Assembly: GCA_051251855.1 (NCBI GenBank) | Contig: JBPOGI010000002.1 | Span: forward strand, 704,001 to 768,000 | Origin: Roseibacillus sp. | GTDB taxonomy: Bacteria > Verrucomicrobiota > Verrucomicrobiia > Verrucomicrobiales > Akkermansiaceae | Reading direction: 5' to 3' | Length of the DNA: 64,000 bases | Shown here: in pieces, positions 58,804-64,000 of the stretch | How the letters are laid out: every line of letters starts with the position of its first letter | Numbering within the stretch: position 1 is the stretch's first letter | The notes under the pieces: model-generated | What the model was told of the DNA's origin: nothing | What the model saw: the letters and a program-made list of their open reading frames with translations, nothing else | Databases searched by the model: none | Made by a program: the position numbers and the translations under genes

Positions 58804-60276
58804 CTAGTTGAGACGGAGCGCGAAGTAGGAGGTGCGTCCGTCAGCGTAGATGTAGAGGAGGTTGTTGCCCTTGTCGATGAGGAGCCCTTTGGCTTGGGCG
58901 AGAGAGTCAATAGATTGGCGGTTGATCTCTAATACAACTTGTCCTGGCTGGAGATGGCGAGCGAACGGGGAGTCGGGTGCGGTCTCGGTAATGAGGAGTC
59001 CCGAGACTTCGCGAGGGATGTCGTACGTTTTGCGGTGCTCATTATTGAGAGTGGTGGCGGTGACTCCTTCGACGAAGGCGTTGCCTGCGATGAGGTCACC
59101 AGCAGGATCGGCGACTTTGACCTCGAAGGTCATTTCTTTGGTCTCGCGCAGGGCGATGATGCTCACGGAGTCTCCAGGGGAGGTGGTGGATACTTCGAGG
59201 CGGAGGTCATTGGGGTCGTCGACGCGGCGGTCGTTGACTTGGATGATAATGTCTCCGTGACTGAGGCCTGCTTCTTTAGCGGGATATCCATCGACGACCT
59301 CCTCAATGAGAACACCCTTGGTTCCCAATACACCCATAGCTTCGGCGACTTGTGGGTCGAGGGGGCTCATGCGAATACCGATGAGGCCGCGTTTCACTTC
59401 GCCAGTCTCGGTGAGTTGGGTGGCTGTTTGGATGGCAAGGTCTGAGGGGATGGCAAACCCAAGGCCGATGGAGCCGCCGGAGGTGGACTTGATGGCGGAG
59501 TTGATTCCAATAAGGCGGCCTTCGATATCAACGAGGGCGCCACCGGAGTTGCCTTGGTTGATGGCAGCGTCAGTTTGGATAAAGTCCTCGTAGCCGTCGT
59601 TGCCATAGATGCCGATGGAGCGTTCGGTGGCGGAAATGATACCGGAGGTGACGGTCAGGCCGACGCCGAGGGGGTTGCCGATTGCGAAGACAATGTCGCC
59701 GACCATGATTTCGTCGCTGTCGGCGACTTTGATGAAAGGGAGGTCGGTGGCGTCGACTTTGATGACGGCGATGTCGGTCTTGGGGTCGCGGCCGATGAGC
59801 TTGGCTTCGAGTTCGGTGTCGTCGCTGAGGCGGACGAGGATCTCGTCAGCGTCTCCTCCGCGTCGGTCTTGTACAACGTGGTTGTTGGTGAGAATATAGC
59901 CATCCGCGCTGATGATGACGCCTGAGCCAACTCCTTGGGGGACTTTTTGCTCTTGGAGAGGCTCTTGTCCTTGAGAGGAAGGAGGCCGAATACCGAAGAG
60001 TTGGCGTAGGATTTCGTCTTGTCGGGAGCCGGAGCGACGAGCGTACTGCACGACCTCGGAGGTGTGAACTGAGACGACAGACTGACGGGCATCCGCGAGC
60101 ATGGGGGCGTAGCTGGTAGGCTGGGCGCCGCCGGTGCGTTCGATGGGGCGGCTGTCGGTTTCGATGGCGAGAGGGGCGGACGGGGGGGCTTCCTTTTCTT
60201 GAGCGACCAGATAGCCAGTGATGGCAGCGAGCGCGGTAGCGGCAAAGGGGAGGAGAATACGAACAGGTTTCTTCAT
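58804..60276 (-). CDS. DegP/HtrA (Do) serine protease with two PDZ domains
   Basis: GSGVII...ILTNNHVV, D..TDIAV, IQTDAAINQGNSGG. Confidence 0.93.
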   Translation of the reverse strand: MKKPVRILLPFAATALAAITGYLVAQEKEAPPSAPLAIETDSRPIERTGGAQPTSYAPMLADARQSVVSVHTSEVVQYARRSGSRQDEILRQLFGIRPPSSQGQEPLQEQKVPQGVGSGVIISADGYILTNNHVVQDRRGGDADEILVRLSDDTELEAKLIGRDPKTDIAVIKVDATDLPFIKVADSDEIMVGDIVFAIGNPLGVGLTVTSGIISATERSIGIYGNDGYEDFIQTDAAINQGNSGGALVDIEGRLIGINSAIKSTSGGSIGLGFAIPSDLAIQTATQLTETGEVKRGLIGIRMSPLDPQVAEAMGVLGTKGVLIEEVVDGYPAKEAGLSHGDIIIQVNDRRVDDPNDLRLEVSTTSPGDSVSIIALRETKEMTFEVKVADPAGDLIAGNAFVEGVTATTLNNEHRKTYDIPREVSGLLITETAPDSPFARHLQPGQVVLEINRQSIDSLAQAKGLLIDKGNNLLYIYADGRTSYFALRLN

Positions 60277-60525
60277 GATGTTATGTTGAGAGAATCGTTG
60301 AATGGGACGAAATTTGTTTGGGAAAAAATCACTTAATTTGAAGAGCGGTCAAATGGATTTTGTTACTTGCAAAGAGTTGGTTTTGAGGGGGTGGAGGGGT
60401 TGTCTGACATGGGAGAGGGGATGCCGTGGTTCTGGTTGGACGGGGCTGGAGGCCAGGCAGGATGCCTGGGATGACCTTCGCAGCCCAGAGGGCAGCGCCA
60501 CGGGTGGAGGGCTGCGGGGCGTGGG

Positions 60526-62550
60526 CTACTGGGCGGCTTGCCAGTAAGCGAGTTCTTCGCGGAGGGTTGCTTGGGAGGCGAGAGCTTCGTCGAGGGCCTT
60601 TTTGGGCTCGTCGAGTTTCTTTGCGAGGGGAGGGAGCTTTTGTTCGAGGCTCTTGAGGGATTCACGGCCGGCTTTGATGAGTCCGCGAATCTCGCCGCTT
60701 TGTTGGCGGAGGCTCTTGAGGCTTCCTGCGAGTTTATTGCGTTCTTCGTTTAGTTTCTTTGATTTGTTGACGAGCTCGCTTTCTTTCTTGGCCGATTCTT
60801 GTTGGTGCTTGGCGGCCTCTTGAAGTGGTTGGGTGAGCTCAGCGAGATCCTTTTTTTCGGCTTTCATTTTCTCGAGTTGGGTTGTGACCCTTTTTTGCTC
60901 TTCGATGGCTTTTTGTTTCGCTGCTCTTGCCTTGTCGAGGGCTGGTTTGTCTGTGGCAATTTGAGCCGCGAGATTTTTCACCTTCGAGTCGAACTCTTTG
61001 ATTTTTTTGTCGAGGTTTTTGACAGTGTCTTCGTTTTTTCTGAGCGCTTTGCGGGTGCCGTCGATGCTGCTGGCTATGGAGTCGCGTTCTTTGGCTACGG
61101 CTTGGAAGGTGGACTGAGCTTTGGTGACTTGTTGAGTTTGTTCCGCGACCTTTTTAGTGAGGTAGGCGAGACGATTTTTGAGGGTGGGTGGGTTGGATTC
61201 TAGAGTGGCGATGGGGGCTTTGTTACTGGAAACGTCGTAGGCGAGAACTTCGCCATTGTAGTCAGCCATGAATAGATGTTTACCGTCTTGCGAGAGGGCG
61301 GTGGCGGTGATGACTTCAGGGAGGTTCTTGAAGGAGGCTTTTTCGTTGAAGTCGGGTTTGAAGATTTTGACGGTGCGGTCGCGCCCGGCGGTGACGAGGT
61401 GGCCGTCTCGGTGGTAGTGGAGGGCAGTGACGCCTTGGTTGTGCGCTTTGATTTTCTTGGCGGGGGAGCCTTTTTTCATGTCCCAGATGATGAGTTGGCC
61501 GTCTTCGCTGGTGCTGGCGAGGAGTTTGGAGTCGGAGCGGAAAGCGAGGGCGGTGACTCCGCCTTGATGGTCGCGGAGGGCGTGGATTTCGTTGCCGTTG
61601 AGGTCCCAGACGTGGATGCCTCCATTACGGTCGCCACTGGCGAAGAACTTGCCATTGGGTGAAGCGGCGAGGGCGGTGATCCAGTCGGTGTGCTTCTTGA
61701 TAGATTGGGTTTGGGCGTTCTCGCGGGTGTTCCAAATTTTGAGAAGGCGCAGGGGACCGCCGAGGGCGACGGTGGCAAGGTCGGGAGTGATGGCGGTGGC
61801 GAGGACGGAGTCGAACTCGCGGCCAGCGGTGAAGAGCTCTTTGCCGGTGGTGATGTCCCAAGCGATGGCTTGTCCTGATTTGCCGGCGATGCCTCCACCA
61901 GCGAGGAGGTATTTCCCGGAGGGATGGAAGGTGAGGGTCTCGGGTTGGCCTTTGGGGAAGGGAAGACTGCCGAGAAAGCGGAAGGTTTCGCTGTGGTAGA
62001 GGAGGATTTGTTTTTGGCCGGTGAGGGCGATGAGGGGTGCCCAAGGGGAGGCGGTCATCGCTTTGACGAGACCAGCGCGGGGAGCGACGAAGGAGGGGTC
62101 GAGAGAGAGGGCGGCCGGCATGGGGGGAGGGCCTTCGGGCTTGCCGGCGGTGGTGTCGATGGCGAGATCGAATTTAGGCTTGGCGGCTTTTTTGGCGGAG
62201 GAGTCTTTGGTTTCTAACATGCCGCCGTCGATCCAAGCGCGGATGAGTCCGGAGGCTTTGCGGTCAATCTTATCGCCTTCGGGGGGCATGACTGGTTCTT
62301 CGGTTCCGGTGGTGACGGTGTAGAGCTTGGAGCTGCCACCGTCGCCGGGGACGGCGACTTTGCCGCCGGAGCCGCCGATCATGAGGGCGGGGTAGGAAGA
62401 GAGGTCGAGATCTCCTTTCTTTTTGTCAGGGTTGTGGCAATTGAGACAGGATTGCTCGAAGATGGGGAAGATATGATCGTCGTAGGTAATCTTCTCCTGG
62501 CCTTGAAGCGGGAAGCTTAAGAGGAGTGGGAGGAGGAGAAGGAATTTCAT
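60526..62550 (-). CDS. Planctomycete-type cytochrome c plus WD40 repeats plus C-terminal coiled coil
   Basis: CLNCH...MPP...WI..G; repeated H...V.ALA.S.DG..LAS...DG....WD; Lys/Glu-rich helical tail. Confidence 0.85.
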   Translation of the reverse strand: MKFLLLLPLLLSFPLQGQEKITYDDHIFPIFEQSCLNCHNPDKKKGDLDLSSYPALMIGGSGGKVAVPGDGGSSKLYTVTTGTEEPVMPPEGDKIDRKASGLIRAWIDGGMLETKDSSAKKAAKPKFDLAIDTTAGKPEGPPPMPAALSLDPSFVAPRAGLVKAMTASPWAPLIALTGQKQILLYHSETFRFLGSLPFPKGQPETLTFHPSGKYLLAGGGIAGKSGQAIAWDITTGKELFTAGREFDSVLATAITPDLATVALGGPLRLLKIWNTRENAQTQSIKKHTDWITALAASPNGKFFASGDRNGGIHVWDLNGNEIHALRDHQGGVTALAFRSDSKLLASTSEDGQLIIWDMKKGSPAKKIKAHNQGVTALHYHRDGHLVTAGRDRTVKIFKPDFNEKASFKNLPEVITATALSQDGKHLFMADYNGEVLAYDVSSNKAPIATLESNPPTLKNRLAYLTKKVAEQTQQVTKAQSTFQAVAKERDSIASSIDGTRKALRKNEDTVKNLDKKIKEFDSKVKNLAAQIATDKPALDKARAAKQKAIEEQKRVTTQLEKMKAEKKDLAELTQPLQEAAKHQQESAKKESELVNKSKKLNEERNKLAGSLKSLRQQSGEIRGLIKAGRESLKSLEQKLPPLAKKLDEPKKALDEALASQATLREELAYWQAAQ

Positions 62551-62653
62551 GGGATGGGATTACGCGATATTAGTTACTCGTTTTTAGGGGGAGGTGATTT
62601 GGTTGTTAGGGGAATGTGGGATTTTGATTGGTGGAGGTGGTGAGGTTGAGTCA

Positions 62654-62682
62654 AAAGCGGTGCGCAGCACCGCACTCCAAAG
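62654..62682. repeat. REP-like palindrome
   Basis: AAAGCGGTGC-GCA-GCACCGCACTCCAAAG; palindrome followed by CTCC as in the other REP-like elements here. Confidence 0.6.
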
Positions 62683-62685
62683 GAC

Positions 62686-63999
62686 CTAGTGGTTGAAGAT
62701 GAATTCTTTGGAGTTGAGGAGGGCCCAGAAGAGGTCGTGGTAGAATTCTGTTTTGGCTTCGTCGGTGGCTTCTTTGCGGGTGCTGAGGAGGTGTTGGAGC
62801 TCGGCGGAGTTGGGTTCGCGGGTGAAGGTGCGCAAGTAGAGGGCAGAGATGATTTTTGTGGGGTCGTTGCCGTGTTCTTCTTTGAGAGTTTTGATGAGCT
62901 TGCCACGAATGATGCGCTCGTGGGTGGAGTCGCCGTTGAGCATGTGAAGGGCTTGCGAGAGGTTGGGTTCCATAACGACTTCACAAGAGCAAACGGTGGC
63001 ACGGGTGGCGCGACCGAAGGTGGTGAGAAAGTCGTTGGTGGTGCCTCCATCCGCGATTTGCACGGCGCGGGAACCGACGGGGAGTCCGCGGAATTTGTTG
63101 GGGGTGTTGGTGACTTGGGCGATGACGTCGAGGAGGACTTCGGCACGCATACGACGCACGCGGGACTTGGAGAAGTTGGTTTCGTCGAGGGTGTTGGTCT
63201 CGTTGGCGTGAGTGGAGAGCTGGTAGGTGCGCGAATTGCAGATGTCGCGCACCAGCTTCTTGATGTCGAAGTTGTAAGCGGTGAGCTTTTCGCCCAAGGC
63301 GGCAAAGAGTTCAGGATTGGAGGGAGGGTTGGAGATACGGGCGTCGTCTACGGGGTCGACGATGCCGACTCCAAAGAAGTGATCCCAGACGATGTTAGAG
63401 ATGTTGCTGGCGAACCAGGGGTTGTCCTTGGAGGTGAGCCATTCGGCGACGGCTTCGCGGCGGGAGGCGTCAGTTTTTTCGAGAGTTGCCCCTCCGAGGA
63501 AGGTGGGGGGAGCGTTTTTATTAGTGACGGGGTTTTTGATTTCGCCGTTGGCATCGTAAACAATTTGCTCGTGGGGGTCTTCGGCACGCTTGCGTTTGAC
63601 CTGGGAGAAGAAACTGGCGAATCCGTAGTAGTCGTCCATGGTCCAGCGGTCGAAGGGATGGTTGTGGCATTGGGCGCATTGGATGCGGGTGCCTAGGAAG
63701 ACTTGGGCCACGTTCTCGGTGACTTTCTTGATGTCGGCTTCGAGCTTGTAGTAGTTGGTCTGCGGTTGGGTAAGGGTGCCACCGGGAGTGGCGAGTTGCT
63801 CGCGCACGATTTGGTCGAAGGGAGTGCCGGAGGCGATTTTTTCGCGGAGCCATTCATACCAGAGGGTGGCGGCCTTGTAGGTGATTTGATTGGAGTTGTT
63901 GCCGGTGGAGCGAATCTGGAGGAGTTCGGCCCACTTCATGACCCAGATTTCGGTGAACTCCTTGCGTTCGATGAGTTGGTCGATGAGTTGGGAACGTTT
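62686..63999 (-). CDS. DUF1549/DUF1553 domain protein, 5' part beyond window edge
   Basis: Frame open to the edge (KRSQLIDQLIERKEF..IW..KW); FLG.RIQCAQCHNHPFDRW, NPPSNPEL, LSQALHMLNG, WALLNSKEFIFNH. Confidence 0.9.
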   Translation of the reverse strand, partial: KRSQLIDQLIERKEFTEIWVMKWAELLQIRSTGNNSNQITYKAATLWYEWLREKIASGTPFDQIVREQLATPGGTLTQPQTNYYKLEADIKKVTENVAQVFLGTRIQCAQCHNHPFDRWTMDDYYGFASFFSQVKRKRAEDPHEQIVYDANGEIKNPVTNKNAPPTFLGGATLEKTDASRREAVAEWLTSKDNPWFASNISNIVWDHFFGVGIVDPVDDARISNPPSNPELFAALGEKLTAYNFDIKKLVRDICNSRTYQLSTHANETNTLDETNFSKSRVRRMRAEVLLDVIAQVTNTPNKFRGLPVGSRAVQIADGGTTNDFLTTFGRATRATVCSCEVVMEPNLSQALHMLNGDSTHERIIRGKLIKTLKEEHGNDPTKIISALYLRTFTREPNSAELQHLLSTRKEATDEAKTEFYHDLFWALLNSKEFIFNH

Positions 64000-64000
64000 G

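Noticed and set aside
60526..63999. WD40-cytochrome c and DUF1549/1553 genes as a novel system
   Set aside because: Common multi-copy PVC gene families; cluster truncated by the window edge; nothing distinctive visible

Overview
Bacterial genomic window that looks verrucomicrobial (PVC group), based on a Verru_Chthon-type pilin cassette, a DUF1552/DUF1592 pair, a DUF1549/1553 protein, a WD40-cytochrome c protein, sulfatases and a CotH/lamin-tail surface protein. Bases 1-27.5 kb hold housekeeping and accessory genes (xth, serS, queG, lepA, lgt, ECF sigma, sulfatases, pilin-like cassette). Bases 27.5-58.7 kb are a large nitrate/nitrite locus: nitrate reductase, Fe-S/DmsC fusion, flavodoxin, NirA, Nrt-type ABC transporter, NasS-like protein, LysR and a porin. 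Top findings: (1) A gene missed by the ORF track at 7764-8339 reads through two in-frame TGA codons. Each TGA sits at the metal-binding Cys position of a tandem HMA-like repeat and is followed by a near-identical SECIS-like hairpin, making it a candidate exported two-selenocysteine protein, divergent from a His-rich permease. (2) An operon encodes a NirB-like NADH-flavoprotein fused to a di-heme-b-type membrane domain, an 11-heme cytochrome c, a DUF3365 heme lipoprotein, a cytochrome c5 and a globin, which is a possible NADH-to-periplasm electron conduit. (3) Six sigma54-type promoters are each paired with an AT-N11-AT palindrome at phased spacing. (4) A REP-like element is inserted in frame in the nitrate reductase. 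(5) queG appears to need a non-canonical ATC start. All family assignments come from motif recognition by eye; no searches were run.
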